A stretch of 64,000 bases of DNA from Promethearchaeati archaeon SRVP18_Atabeyarchaeia-1 (GTDB lineage: Archaea; Asgardarchaeota; Atabeyarchaeia; Atabeyarchaeales; Atabeyarchaeaceae), in NCBI GenBank assembly GCA_037308085.1, contig CP147779.1, positions 1,536,001-1,600,000 of the forward strand, read 5' to 3'. Shown here piece after piece: positions 1-11,350 of this stretch (position 1 is the stretch's first letter; each line of letters opens with the position of its first letter). The notes under the pieces are model-generated. The model saw only the letters and a list, made by a program, of their open reading frames with translations. It was not told the DNA's origin and ran no database searches. Made by a program: the position numbers and the translations under genes.

Positions 1-2
1 AG

Positions 3-851
3 AAGGATCTTCAGGCGGCCAGATGCCTTCTGAAGGAGAAGTTGTACGCTCAAGCAGTTTTCTACTTACAGCAGAGCGTTGAGAAAGCTGTTAAATCACT
101 TGGAATATGGGACGGGAAGATCACTGAGGTTGAAGCTAGGAGCGAAATTGGGCACAAAACAATCAGAATCTACTTCAGGATATTTGGCGAAACAAAAGAC
201 AAACTGATAGCCTTTGAAAAGGCGCTCCTCATGTTCCCTGATCTTAGGAAGCTAGCTTTCTTGGACGTATCCCAAGTGGCCAGATTGAAGCGTGGGATAG
301 ATGCGTTTCGAAAGGAATTTTCTGACGAGAACGTCGCATTGAGAATCTCTTCCTCGGAGCGCGACCTGCAGGACTTCCTGAGAAAGCTCCGGACGCTGAA
401 AGAAGAGTTGGGCAACGAGCTAACAAGAATAGATAAGGAGTTTAAGGAGCTGTCAGCGAACGAGAAGAAAAGCGGGGATTTCAAGAGTAAGCTGAGCCAA
501 GTACTTGAAGTTGGTTCTCAAATCAGGCCAATTATGGCAGAAGGAAGCACGATCGAGGATGTGGTTGACAAGTCAGTCTCGCCTGAGTTCATTATGATTC
601 TCATTGGTATCTCTAAGTCAATGATCCGACTTAGTTTCTGTTATCAGTCCTTACTCTACTCCTGTCTTATTCTCTATCCGCACGCTGCCAGAACAAGATA
701 TCCTGGAGACGATTTCAATCCAACGGATTTCTATAATGCAAGAGCACCGCTGATCCAACTCCTAGATAATTTCATAGAGTCCACCGGAGGAGTCTTGCGA
801 GAACTTGATCTGATCTACTGTGAAGCCCCTAGATTTGGGAAGAAGCGATGA
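3..851 (+). CDS. HEPN-domain protein with a long helical insertion (5' end lies outside the window)
   Basis: Frame is open from base 3 (KDLQAARCLLKEKLYAQAVFYLQQSVEKAVKS). Has the HEPN signatures QQxxEKxxK, GH and C-terminal RTRYP. Confidence 0.75.
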   Translation, partial: KDLQAARCLLKEKLYAQAVFYLQQSVEKAVKSLGIWDGKITEVEARSEIGHKTIRIYFRIFGETKDKLIAFEKALLMFPDLRKLAFLDVSQVARLKRGIDAFRKEFSDENVALRISSSERDLQDFLRKLRTLKEELGNELTRIDKEFKELSANEKKSGDFKSKLSQVLEVGSQIRPIMAEGSTIEDVVDKSVSPEFIMILIGISKSMIRLSFCYQSLLYSCLILYPHAARTRYPGDDFNPTDFYNARAPLIQLLDNFIESTGGVLRELDLIYCEAPRFGKKR

Positions 852-1293
852 TCTCCATATCCTAGAGACGAGCCGCACACATTCTAACGGTTTGGCCTGT
901 GGATGATCGAAGATCGCGGAGAACAACTCGTTTCTCAGAAGCCTTGCCAGATGCAAAAAGAGAGTGAATGGAGCTTCGATCACTGGGTTCAGCTAAGAGA
1001 ACGATGCACATAAGGTATCTAGGGAAGACGCGCTCCTGCCTTATCCGGAGGAGAATTGGTTTCCTAGCAGTATCAAAGACTTAGTAGTTGAAGGCATGAG
1101 AGACTAGGTAGTGTGAAACCTGTCTCTAGATTAATATCAGCATTCTATTATTCGTCTGCTTGCAGGGTGATTGGCTGGGGCATGGTGAATACCTTGTGCA
1201 GAACCTCAATTGACTTGGTAGCTCAGCGCGCGCTAGATGGGAGTATAGGGACCATCCTTCGATCGCAATCCATAAATGACGAACCAGAGAGTT

Positions 1294-1878
1294 CTATTCC
1301 GTCCCCTCCTCCGTTTCTTGCAGATCCCTCTCAATTTCCGCTCTGATTCGCTTATCGTAGGCTTCTCTACAGTTGTCGTCACAGCATGCAGGAAGAGTAT
1401 AATTCGGTTCCATTTTCTGCACAATGAAGCCTTTTGCGGTAAGTCTTTCCTCCAACAGTCCGAGAAATAGCTCATACTTATCGGGTTTGTATTTCATAAT
1501 GACTTCGTCAATCTCTGAATCCGAAAGGAGCCGCTTCCCGCAATTCGCGCAACACGCGAATTGATTGACGAAATTCCTGTTGATGTAATCCCTGTCCCTC
1601 TCCATCGCTGTTTTAAGGAGATCACTCATTCGGTTTGTTTCATCAGGCCCGTACGCTTCTTTGGCCTCTAACGAGTTGGCGACCACTTGTGAAGCTAGTC
1701 TTCTTAGCGTCTCCGGTACAGAACTTTCCGTGAATCTACTAGGTTCTATAGCCGGGCCTTGTCTATAATGTCGACAATCCCTCTTTCTCGCTATGTTATG
1801 ATGCTTTAGTCCACACGTCTTAGCAAATTTGCAGTCTTCACACCAATTGATGGCAACTGGATACCGCATCCATCTCAC
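1294..1878 (-). CDS. Cys-rich hypothetical protein (putative Zn-binding)
   Basis: 194 aa with CEDC, CANC and CCDDNC clusters. 3-bp gap to the upstream ORF suggests an operon. Confidence 0.6.
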   Translation of the reverse strand: MRWMRYPVAINWCEDCKFAKTCGLKHHNIARKRDCRHYRQGPAIEPSRFTESSVPETLRRLASQVVANSLEAKEAYGPDETNRMSDLLKTAMERDRDYINRNFVNQFACCANCGKRLLSDSEIDEVIMKYKPDKYELFLGLLEERLTAKGFIVQKMEPNYTLPACCDDNCREAYDKRIRAEIERDLQETEEGTE

Positions 1879-1881
1879 CCC

Positions 1882-2295
1882 TCAAACATACATAAGCGCT
1901 AAATTCTCCTTGGTTGACCTCTCTGCTCTTTCCTTGTACTCCTTCTGAGCCGTGTTTTCACTTCCCATATCTGGCTTTGCCTTACGCCTAGGTGGTCTGC
2001 GCTTTCTTTCGACTATTGAGACGCATATCCACAATGGCAGACCTAGCCCTATGTCGTGAATCACATTGCTGATATTGTGAGTCCGGGTCGAAATGCCAAT
2101 AATTAGGCGAGACCTAGGCTTCAGAACAATAGTCATGAAACCGTCCTCATCGAAACCGGTAGCTATGACACAACCTTCTTCAATGATGCGATCAAGTGAT
2201 GCTAGATTCCTGGCATGCACTCTGAGCTGAGCCTCTCCCCTACCGTTGATAAAAAATGCTGGTAAGAGATTTTCCCATTGAAGCTTCTCACTCAT
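1882..2295 (-). CDS. Hypothetical protein
   Basis: 137-aa ATG ORF with GGAGGT just upstream; abuts the 1294..1878 ORF. Confidence 0.55.
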   Translation of the reverse strand: MSEKLQWENLLPAFFINGRGEAQLRVHARNLASLDRIIEEGCVIATGFDEDGFMTIVLKPRSRLIIGISTRTHNISNVIHDIGLGLPLWICVSIVERKRRPPRRKAKPDMGSENTAQKEYKERAERSTKENLALMYV

Positions 2296-3751
2296 TCAGT
2301 GCTACCTCCATAAGAAACCCATGTGGAACGCCGCCACCGTTCATCAAGCGTTTCACTCAATTTCTCGAACCTCTATTTATCAGCTCGACATGCTTAGGGG
2401 TTTCCGGTCATGCTACGAGTCGACCGTCCGCTCTTCTTCTCAACAACACTGTGACAGAGGTGGCTTATAAGTGTGACGGAAAAGCGCCTCTCTGGTGCCT
2501 CTAATCCAGATTTCAGACATGCTAATATCCTATAAATCAAATATAGATAACTGAATGTCCTAAATTATAAATTAAGGCTCACATTTGGTTTATTTACCAA
2601 TTCCTATATTCACTATTTCATTAATTCTTTTCTTTTCATTTGTTTCATTTATCTCACATTGTGATTTGCAGTATTTTCTGTATTTCTTATGCCCCTCCAC
2701 ATTTTAACGGAGAGAATTGCGCACCTTGTACGACCAAAAGGGAAAACCTTGCTTCCCGAACCATGCTGAAAGTAGGTGGCACAGAAGCAGACGGGTTGTT
2801 CCAGAGTGTATCATTAGTCCAATCCAGCAGGGCATGCGAGCAGACTGTGATGGCAATGTGCCCTCGCGGTGCAGTAGTAAACACCTCGACCGCAGCCTGC
2901 GTATCGCTCTTTGTAGGTCTGGTTCAGATGCTGGGTCCGTTAATAGATGCTGCCGACGAATCACTTGGAACACTCTCTCTCAAGGGGAGAGAGGTAACAG
3001 GGTTGGATCGAAATCGACATGTTGGAGAAAAAGACATCAAATTACAGGGAATCAGCTGAGGATCATAAAAGCCGAGTTATGCACAGCCAACACTACGAAA
3101 GTAGCTAAACGGTGGCGCGCTAAACATATTCTTTCAACTTTGCATCGACCTATCATTACCCTGAACTTCCCTGAACTTGTACCTCATTGAGGTGTCTGCA
3201 CCGGAGGAGTTGTCATAACAACTAATGCATTTAGTCAGTTCAAAACGATTCTCGCCATAGCCTCTTCATCGTTTTCTACATAAATCACCTTGATTCAGAG
3301 ATTGTGATTCCTAACTATTTCAGAATAAACAGCCTCTACGCGCCCTCCAACCTCAATCTGCCGCTTACTACGGTCAACATCTACCAGGCCCTACCTTCTA
3401 TCAGCCTTCTCAATGCAGTCGGTCGCATTCATTTTGAGGGTCTCATCAGCGCAGATGCCGTTGGCGGTTATCTCTGAAAGGTTGAAAGGTTTGATCATCC
3501 ATATGCGATCCTGCCTATCTACTCACATACGTCTCCATCTCAGCATCCATTTAATTTCTATTTAAATTCAATAATCCAATCTATCCGTTTCCGACCAGAG
3601 AACCAAACTCATTTATAAAAGTGCTAATATAAGCTACATAGCTATAGGCATCCGTTTAGGTAGGTACTTGTGCCCTCAACAACCTACCTTCTCACGTCAA
3701 GAACCCTTCTTAATCAGCCAAAACAATTCAAATCAATTCGATTATTATTCC

Positions 3752-3976
3752 TCACTCTGACCCGAATAATCCTGATTTATCGTCATTCGATGCAGGATAA
3801 TAACCTAATTCATGTTCTTCTATTAATTTCAAGACAATATCCTCTGCCTCTGGTCTCTCTAAATTCAATTTGCCACGCAGTAAAGAGACAGCTTCATCTG
3901 TGGATAGACTCTGCCCTTTATACTCCGCTCTCCACTTCGAGACCAGACATCTTGATGCCAGACAATATTCACTCAT
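3752..3976 (-). CDS. Small hypothetical protein, possibly wHTH-like
   Basis: 74 aa, ATG preceded by AGGTGA, amphipathic helices. Confidence 0.45.
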   Translation of the reverse strand: MSEYCLASRCLVSKWRAEYKGQSLSTDEAVSLLRGKLNLERPEAEDIVLKLIEEHELGYYPASNDDKSGLFGSE

Positions 3977-4611
3977 GTGAATTCACCTAACCCCGATTGC
4001 CTAAAGTTCCCTTTGCGAGTGGCTCCGTGGAAAGTATGGAAATTGGTCGAATGGTTGCATCGATCTTCGCAGACGCAGGTGTCCTGACCTAAGACCATAT
4101 TATGATCTTAAGCATGACATCCAGGCGAAAATACTTGCTGGGCTTGCCGAGCTCAGATTTGGAGACTCCAAGTTCATATTTGAGCTCCTAGTCCCAAATC
4201 TCATCCTCGTCCAGCATCCGATATTTGGATGGAAAGAGGCAGGTTCAGTGGCTCATATTTGCACGGCTTTAATAAAACAAGGTGAGCATGAGTTGGCGAG
4301 GAGAGCCTATCTGGGACAAGCAGACAAAGAAACCGTCCATAGGATCCACATTGAATATAACAAGGAACTTTGGCGGCTCTTGAGTGCGCTGATGAGCTAA
4401 AGATTACCTGACGGATCACCGTCTCCCAAAGAGATTCTAAAGAATGTCTCTGTTCCCACTTTCTCGGGGTCTGCAAGCCTATACGAGAGTTATTCAAAGT
4501 CTCCGTTTCAACGGACCTGGTTGTGTCTAATGCGACTCTTTCGACTTGAGACATGTTTGGAAAGATCAGCCGGTATTTGACAGAACTTATCATGGAGTCC
4601 TCTCTGCTCCA

Positions 4612-5696
4612 CTACTTAAGGAGTTTCTTGATGAGATTCGCAATCTTCTTTGCTAGGATCGGAGGAACTGCGTTGGCAGCCTGCTGGTACTGACTATTCA
4701 ATGTCCCCATGAATCTGAATCTATCTGGGAAGCTCTGAAGCCTCGCAGCCTCTCTGACAGAGATTATTCCATGCTGCTGCGGGTGAAGAAGCATAGCCCT
4801 TCGCGCATGAACTACCGTCGGCGAAGGCCGACGCCAGGAGAGCCTGCTGTATATACTGCTGTGAAGAGCATCTCGATTATTGAACCTTTTTTAATAGTAT
4901 CAGGCAAGATATTCCATCCTTCCTAAGGCTCTTTCCCTGACCTATCAACCGGATCGTCTCAACGACTTCATCGCTATGTTCAGTGGACCAGTGGTTGTAG
5001 AGTCTGTTAGCTCTCTTCCAAAGCGTTGCGAGATAAGGAGAACCTCTTATCTTTGGGTGGACCACATTTTCTTTCCCACCTCCGCCCCGCGGGAGTGGCA
5101 GGAGATCCTGAATTGCATCACTCACACAGGTTGCGCCTATTCGCTTCAATAACGAAAAATCAAGTTCAGCGTTATCTAGAAAGCCTGCGACAAATAGCCT
5201 CCTTCTCATCTGTGGAATCCCGAACCACTGAGCTTCCAGGCGAGCAATTGAAAGCCTGTAGCCAAGATCGTTTAGATCCTTGTCGAACGCACCCCACTTG
5301 TCCATGTTTTGAAATCTGACAACGTTTTCGAAAAGAAACCCCTTAGGTCTGATCTCTTTGACCAGCCTTACAAAATGGGAAACCGAGGAAGCAGACGGGT
5401 GATTGCCTCTACAAGGATACATGTTCGCAGGCGAATAGGGCCTGACATGGAGGGACCCCAATCACGAATACTCTTTCGAAACCCATACGAGATGCTATGT
5501 CAAGAAGTTCTCGACCATGAACATCCTCTACATCTCCCAGCACCTGCACTTTACGGAAGTTGCGCTGATATGTCTTAGCTGAGTCAGGATCCTTTTCGAT
5601 AGCAGCGACTATCTTAAAACCGGCTTCCCTGAACCCTAGATTTAGCCCGCCTGCACCTGCGAACGAATCTATGACCCCTATATCCTTTGAAAGCAT
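4612..5696 (-). pseudogene. DNA (cytosine-5) methyltransferase pseudogene, paralogue of 16845..17954
   Basis: Motif I DSFAGAGG, PPCQ/PYSPAN, FENV and REAARLQSFPD..NAVPP are split over three reading frames (at least two frameshifts). Confidence 0.9.
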
Positions 5697-6023
5697 TATC
5701 CTACCTCTAGTACACGACCCCTTCGCTCGAAGCAAGATAATCCTTGATCCAATTCACAACTGTCGTTTCGCAGGCGGGACCGGTCGTCTAAACCAGTTTC
5801 TTTGAGGAATTACGGTCTCTAACGCTTCACAAAATCTCAGAGGCAAGCCACACGCTAGCTTGTATGGTTATGCCCTCATGCATCTCGCTTGATTGCTTCT
5901 GTTCTAGGGATAGTCATAGGCAACGAGGTATAAGATTCTATCTTATGGTGTGGAAAGGGCTGATTGAGTAGAGCTGTAGACACACGTTAATCATGTATGA
6001 ACGGAAGGTCCACGCTTTTCCTA

Positions 6024-8951
6024 TCACTCCTTTGATTGAATCGAACTGAGCAACAAGCTGGCCTTTCTCCTTATCTCCTGGTCGGTGTCAAGAGCCAACC
6101 TGTTCAATATTATTCTCGCAAAATCTCTATCGATCTTCGACAAAGTGTTTGAGATCAGTTCGATCGCCATTAGTCTTGTTGAGGTCTCTGCGTTACCCGA
6201 TAGACTTTCAAGAATGAACTGTAGAGAAGGCTGGAGACTATCAAGCGTATTCTTTACGTTTTCTGGAAGTCTGCCGAAATTCTGTGCGATGGCAAGCGCC
6301 ACCCCCAATACTGTCTTATTTCCCTGGGAGAGCCTGAGAAAGAATTCTCTCTGGGTTTGAGAAAGCTTATCGTAGCATGCTGCTAATACTGATGACGCGA
6401 CCCACCCGCTCTGATCTTTTTCCATTAGTCCCAGTAACAGCTGATCCATGACAGTCTGACTAAAACTGTCAAAATTGATGGTTAAGATCGATGTGACAAA
6501 CGGCTTGGTCTCCCATCTAGTTGCAAGTTTCACTAGCAGTTCTTCCCTGATATCTCTAGGGAGGATATCAAAAGCCATCTCTACGCGTAATGCCAAATGA
6601 ACGACCGTTTCAGTTCTTTCTGCCAACTTCAGTAACAACGATTTCCTATTCTTCGCGGGAAGCACGGGGAACATAAAGGTATCGTACACCAGGCTGGTCA
6701 CTACGTCTTTTGCCGTTTCATCTTTTTCCAGAAGTTTATCTAGTAGTAGGTTCCCATCTGCCTCGGTAAACTTATCAAAATGCGTTATTATCGGAACCGA
6801 TGCCATCTCTCTAATCGATTCATCTTTTTCGAGGAGCTTAAGCAATAGTGCTTTCCTATCATTCTCAGGAAACTTATCAAAGTTATAGTTTATTCCAGAT
6901 ACAAGCTGTATTGCACCTTCACACGTCTCTGAGGACTTGAAAAGCAGGCGTCTAACTTGCGTTGGAAGTCTGTCATAGTATGCCGCTACAGCAGGTACTA
7001 CTCTTCTTGCTGTTTCTTTCGTCTCCGCGATCTTGAATAGCAAGTTTCTAGCTCTTTTCGGAAGTTTATCATAATTAGCTGCGACCGCCAGCGCCACAAA
7101 TCCTGCCTCGTCTCTTCTTGCTGCAAGCTTGAACAACAGAACCTTGACTCTGCTGGGAATTAGGCGGTAGCGGGACGTGAGAAATGGGGCTAACACAAAG
7201 GCTATCCCTTTTCTTTTCGAGAGTCTGAGGAGTGACTCGCTTATAACATTCTCAGGAAGTTGCTTGAGATAGGACATGACGAAGAATATTATATGCACTG
7301 CAGCTTCATCTTTTTCCGAAAGTCTTAGTACTACCTTGCTAACGATCTCTTTGTTTATCCGTGTAAATTGACCTCTGTTTACCAGAAGATGAGTCATTGC
7401 TTCACCATAAGATGGATGAGAGAACATTACCGTTCCATCCTTAATATGGATCTTATCATTCTTGAACCAGTTGAGAACCTCGTCAAAAGTCTGCCAGTTT
7501 CTTATCCTCAGATCATGAACAAGCCTTACATACTCTCTTCTTACAAGCCCTACTGGCAGATGTGAGACAAAGGCGAATGATAGAAACAGGATCTTGTCGT
7601 CGCTCATGTCTCCAATTTCTCTCGCGAAACTCCTTTCGGTTTCTTCGGATTTCCGCATGATCTCTTTCTTCAGTTCTTCTTCTCTTTCCACATTGACTGT
7701 AGAAGTGACGAATTCTCTGATGCTCAATGGCGTAGGCAAGATACGTTCTTTATTCAAGTTTTCCAAGATCAGATCTTTCAGTCTGTCATCTTTGAGCCAT
7801 TTGCAGCCTTTCGCCTCAGCCCACTTGAGAAGAATTTCTCTCCTCTTTTCATAGTTGTAAGAAGGCTTTCTTATGCTCAGCTTCTTCTCGAATTGTTCAA
7901 ATTCCAGTGAAGAAACTTGTTCTCTTCTGAACTGCTTGAACGCCTCTTCTCTTGAGGTTATTATTACATATGCATCTTTGACATTGCGAATCTCCACTGT
8001 TATCGTTCCGATAACCCTTTCCAGATTCTCTCTGCGCTCATATTGGGTTTGCCCAAAAGGGTCCTCAAAATAAATAATGCGATGTGGTCTTAACTCTCTG
8101 GCTATTTCCTCTAATCTTGTCCTAACTTCTTCTCGTTCCCTCTCTTCTCTTCCAGGTATCCATATCGGTTCGTATCCTTTGCTGAAATACTCCCAAAGCA
8201 ACCTTATCGCTGTATATGTTTTTCCGTACTCCTTGGTGCCAGATAGGAAGAGGATTCCGTTTCTCTTGAGAACTTCCTTTATTTCCTCGTATTCCAAGGG
8301 AGGAACATACAAATCGTCAATCCTATCATACCACGCGCTACCAGGAATCCCGATCCTTTGGAGGAACTGAAAAACTCTACCTCTCCGTAGAATCTCACTG
8401 ATCTCAGCAATGAAGAAATCAATGGTCTCGCCCTTCTGACCCTCTCGTTTGATTCTCTGGCATCTTCTCCTATCTAGGGGGTCTAATTCATTATATGCCG
8501 ACTCCGTAAGGACGACGAAAGTTGCCCGTGGTCCTTCATTATCATTGCCATGTGTGCTTCTGTACCATGCGTGATAATAACCGATTACAGCGTTCTTCTT
8601 GTTCTTGAGACCTGCGACTAGTTCATTCGTAAGCGGGAAAAATCTTGATCCCACAAGCTCGGGTAATTCCTCAACTACTATTGCAATCTCAAGCTGCAAG
8701 TTAAGGACTAAGAGTTCACCTATGCCTACGAAGACTTTCCAGAGGTCGCTGAAAACGAGTAGCCATTGGTCAAGTTGAAACGGTTCATATTTCATTAGAG
8801 TACCATTGTCACACAGATTACGTAGCCTGCCTTCAATGAGATGCGTCCAAGCGTCCCTGACATACTCCGCGGGTCTCATAAGTATCTCCGCTTCTTTCTC
8901 AGCACCCTTTTCAAATCCTAGTATGTCAATAATCACAATGAAGTGCTTCAT
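6024..8951 (-). CDS. STAND-type (nSTAND3-like) NTPase with N-terminal nucleotidyl-cyclase-like domain and C-terminal HEAT/ARM repeats
   Basis: N-terminal IIDILGF and LDQW acidic motifs; Walker A GTKEYGKT; Walker B IIYFEDPFG; about 35-aa repeats of the type (F/Y)DKLP..R..LL.KL. Confidence 0.75.
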   Translation of the reverse strand: MKHFIVIIDILGFEKGAEKEAEILMRPAEYVRDAWTHLIEGRLRNLCDNGTLMKYEPFQLDQWLLVFSDLWKVFVGIGELLVLNLQLEIAIVVEELPELVGSRFFPLTNELVAGLKNKKNAVIGYYHAWYRSTHGNDNEGPRATFVVLTESAYNELDPLDRRRCQRIKREGQKGETIDFFIAEISEILRRGRVFQFLQRIGIPGSAWYDRIDDLYVPPLEYEEIKEVLKRNGILFLSGTKEYGKTYTAIRLLWEYFSKGYEPIWIPGREEREREEVRTRLEEIARELRPHRIIYFEDPFGQTQYERRENLERVIGTITVEIRNVKDAYVIITSREEAFKQFRREQVSSLEFEQFEKKLSIRKPSYNYEKRREILLKWAEAKGCKWLKDDRLKDLILENLNKERILPTPLSIREFVTSTVNVEREEELKKEIMRKSEETERSFAREIGDMSDDKILFLSFAFVSHLPVGLVRREYVRLVHDLRIRNWQTFDEVLNWFKNDKIHIKDGTVMFSHPSYGEAMTHLLVNRGQFTRINKEIVSKVVLRLSEKDEAAVHIIFFVMSYLKQLPENVISESLLRLSKRKGIAFVLAPFLTSRYRLIPSRVKVLLFKLAARRDEAGFVALAVAANYDKLPKRARNLLFKIAETKETARRVVPAVAAYYDRLPTQVRRLLFKSSETCEGAIQLVSGINYNFDKFPENDRKALLLKLLEKDESIREMASVPIITHFDKFTEADGNLLLDKLLEKDETAKDVVTSLVYDTFMFPVLPAKNRKSLLLKLAERTETVVHLALRVEMAFDILPRDIREELLVKLATRWETKPFVTSILTINFDSFSQTVMDQLLLGLMEKDQSGWVASSVLAACYDKLSQTQREFFLRLSQGNKTVLGVALAIAQNFGRLPENVKNTLDSLQPSLQFILESLSGNAETSTRLMAIELISNTLSKIDRDFARIILNRLALDTDQEIRRKASLLLSSIQSKE

Positions 8952-10047
8952 TCTACCACCTATTCTCTTTTGTGTGCATGTTCTTGAGTTTCGCCTCGCT
9001 ACCTTTCAAACGTATGTATCCCTAGGTTGTTGCCGGCTGAGTCACCCGAGCAAACCAGTTCTGTGGAGTAAAGCATTTTAGACGGCATGCTCACTAATAA
9101 AGTGAGTCAAGCCCTAGCTTAATAATGAAATGCTCAGAATCAGTCGTTGCCTCTCTCAGACAGATGCGGGCTTACGCTGAACCGAGCCTTGTATGAGAGT
9201 ATGTTGTGGGCAGTTGATTTGAGCGTCTTTGACAATGGATTATGTTGGACCCTCTACGAGCTGATGTAAGAAAAGAATCCTGTCAAAAAGGAACCAACTT
9301 GGGACACCCGCGCCGTAGACGCAATCGCGATCGGATGCACTGACATCGGATGCAACAGTTTCTATCCACCGGAGTTCTGGGTTTGGAGATGCTACGAATA
9401 TTCTCGACGACAGCGCCAACAAACTCAACATGTGCTTTACAGGCAACGCTCAGAGGAATTCTGCTTTCACGGTCACATGCACTTAGACTATTTGACAGAT
9501 GAATACAGGATTGGGACAAACCCTCCAAGGTTCTTCAAATGGGCAAGACGTATACTGGTCGGTCTCTGGGTTGTCTACCTCGCGGTACGTTTGATCCTAA
9601 ATGTCATGGCGACGGTATTCCGTCTCTCAATAGTGGTATAGCTAAGAATGGAGCGATCGACATGTTCTCGAATTTTTCTTAGATATGCCACCATTCTTGA
9701 GACGGCCGGTGACCGTGGTTCTTTCTCCTTCACTACTAGTGTTGGTCATCCTATACGGTGTATCTGTGTCTGATCATTTCATTTCCATGCGTCAATCCAC
9801 TCGTTCTCAATTCGAGGTGACGCCCAGCAGTTTCCACACTAGCGGTGCGATTGTGTTTTTGAAGAAGCTGAATCCTGCAACCCAGTTCAGGCACACGGCG
9901 AAGAGGAAGCCGTATACAACTATCGTAGCGATACGCCCGGTGAGAAATTGAAGGATAGAGCCTTCTTTGTTGCTATGAGGAGTTCGGCGAACATGATGAT
10001 GGCGCCTAAGCCGAAGAAAATATCCAGCACTGGCTTCAGCGCGCGCT

Positions 10048-10154
10048 ACCATTTGGCAGTTTTAGATTTTGCCGCGAAGATATGCACCGCCAAGAATCCA
10101 AGGCACGAGGAGTGCCCTGTTCGAGCTTCTTGCGACTTCTATAAGATCCTTTAA
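10048..10154 (+). pseudogene. C-terminal relic of an HhH-GPD glycosylase (second Mig-like copy)
   Basis: YHLAVLDFAAKICTAKNPRHEECPVRASCDFY aligns with [32 protein letters not shown] of 15999..16706. Similarity starts at the palindrome 10038-10047. Confidence 0.8.
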
Positions 10155-10220
10155 CCAGTTTTCAACATTCCGTATTCTCGTATATGGTAGTACTATCTCC
10201 CAAAATATAGGGTTTTAGAG

Positions 10221-10296
10221 AAAGTTTTATAAATACCAATGTATGTTATTGTATGGAAGCAAATAAATCAAAATACATTCAATATGGCGATGTATG
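10221..10296 (+). promoter_or_regulatory. Archaeal BRE/TATA promoter with TGTATG repeats
   Basis: Purine-rich BRE followed by TTTATAAATA (10226-10235); TGTATG at 10240, 10250 and 10291. Confidence 0.5.
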
Positions 10297-10297
10297 A

Positions 10298-11338
10298 TTG
10301 AGATACATCATAGACATTCCTAGATGGCTGGACGTGAAGATCAAAGCAATATTGGCAGATGAGGGATCAGATTATTCCAGCATCGGGGAATTCATCGTAG
10401 TCGCATGCGAGAACCAAATCAGGATTGAAGCCGAGGACACTGAAGTCGGCTCAATCGAGCCCGTGGCTACGGAGAAGAATGTTCCCAGGAAAGAAAAGCT
10501 AGAACACTTGTTGAGTTCTGATATCTCAGCAGTCTCCACGGTGAATAGTCCAAGTCCAGACAAGGTCGACGCTATTCTGCTATGGGGGCAAGTTAACAGG
10601 ATCTTTCCAATCAAACTGGGCACACGTGTTTTAGCCAACTCTCTCAAAGATATGGGCGCTGGATTAATGAATCTGGAGGATTTTAGAAACAAAGCTACGA
10701 GAATTGCCAGGGAATTCGGTCTGAAATTAAGAATTCTCGACAAGAGGAAAATGCGCAAACCCGGCGAGAAGTTATCAACAGGTCTGCCTGCAGGTAGCAA
10801 GGCAGAGCTTTCAATGAACCGCTACAAGGCGCACTACTTAGCGTACCAGACTGGAAAGGGAACTCTCTCGGGAGCACTTGCTGACCTGCGCCTCGCAAAC
10901 ATCGAAGGCGACAACATTGGCATAACTGAAAAAGGACTAGAGTTTGCAAAGTTAAGCAACCCTCTCCTAGATTCCAAAGAAGCCAATTTGACCATGCCCC
11001 TATCAGGGGGGGAGATCAAATGCTTTCTTTCTCTAGTCAGTGAATTCCTTCCAGACGAACATGCGTTCATGAACACTGTGCTCGGAATGATTGAGTCCGG
11101 AGAGCCTCCAAGGGAAGTGTTCAATTCAAGGGTCAAGGGATTTCTCGAGAAAGTTTGGAAGAGAGAGATAACAAACGCGGTGGCAAATACAATGAGATCG
11201 GGAGTATTGAGTAGGATGTGGGAGCTTAAGCTTGTTGAATGTAGACATGTTGGAAAGACCGTTGTATACTCGGCAGTCAGAGGAAGCGGAGGGGAACTCG
11301 GTGGCGCGAAGGAAGAGGTTTCCAGCAATAAGATTTGA
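10298..11338 (+). CDS. DNA-binding protein: N-terminal RHH-like plus winged-helix domains
   Basis: YIIDIP..LD..I......YSSIGEFIVVACENQI (RHH pattern); IGITEKG and LSRMWELKLVE..YS (wHTH wings). Confidence 0.7.
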   Translation: MRYIIDIPRWLDVKIKAILADEGSDYSSIGEFIVVACENQIRIEAEDTEVGSIEPVATEKNVPRKEKLEHLLSSDISAVSTVNSPSPDKVDAILLWGQVNRIFPIKLGTRVLANSLKDMGAGLMNLEDFRNKATRIAREFGLKLRILDKRKMRKPGEKLSTGLPAGSKAELSMNRYKAHYLAYQTGKGTLSGALADLRLANIEGDNIGITEKGLEFAKLSNPLLDSKEANLTMPLSGGEIKCFLSLVSEFLPDEHAFMNTVLGMIESGEPPREVFNSRVKGFLEKVWKREITNAVANTMRSGVLSRMWELKLVECRHVGKTVVYSAVRGSGGELGGAKEEVSSNKI

Positions 11339-11350
11339 GGTGAGTGTAAG

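Noticed and set aside
2640-3190. Overlapping 139-aa and 157-aa ORFs
   Set aside because: No recognisable motifs and mutually conflicting frames; probably degraded or non-coding.
3988-4593. ORF downstream of the dcm pseudogene as its cognate nuclease
   Set aside because: Looks like a multiply interrupted gene, but no catalytic motif is identifiable.
9240-10037. Short hydrophobic ORFs
   Set aside because: Fragmentary, with no assignable family; treated only as junction debris.
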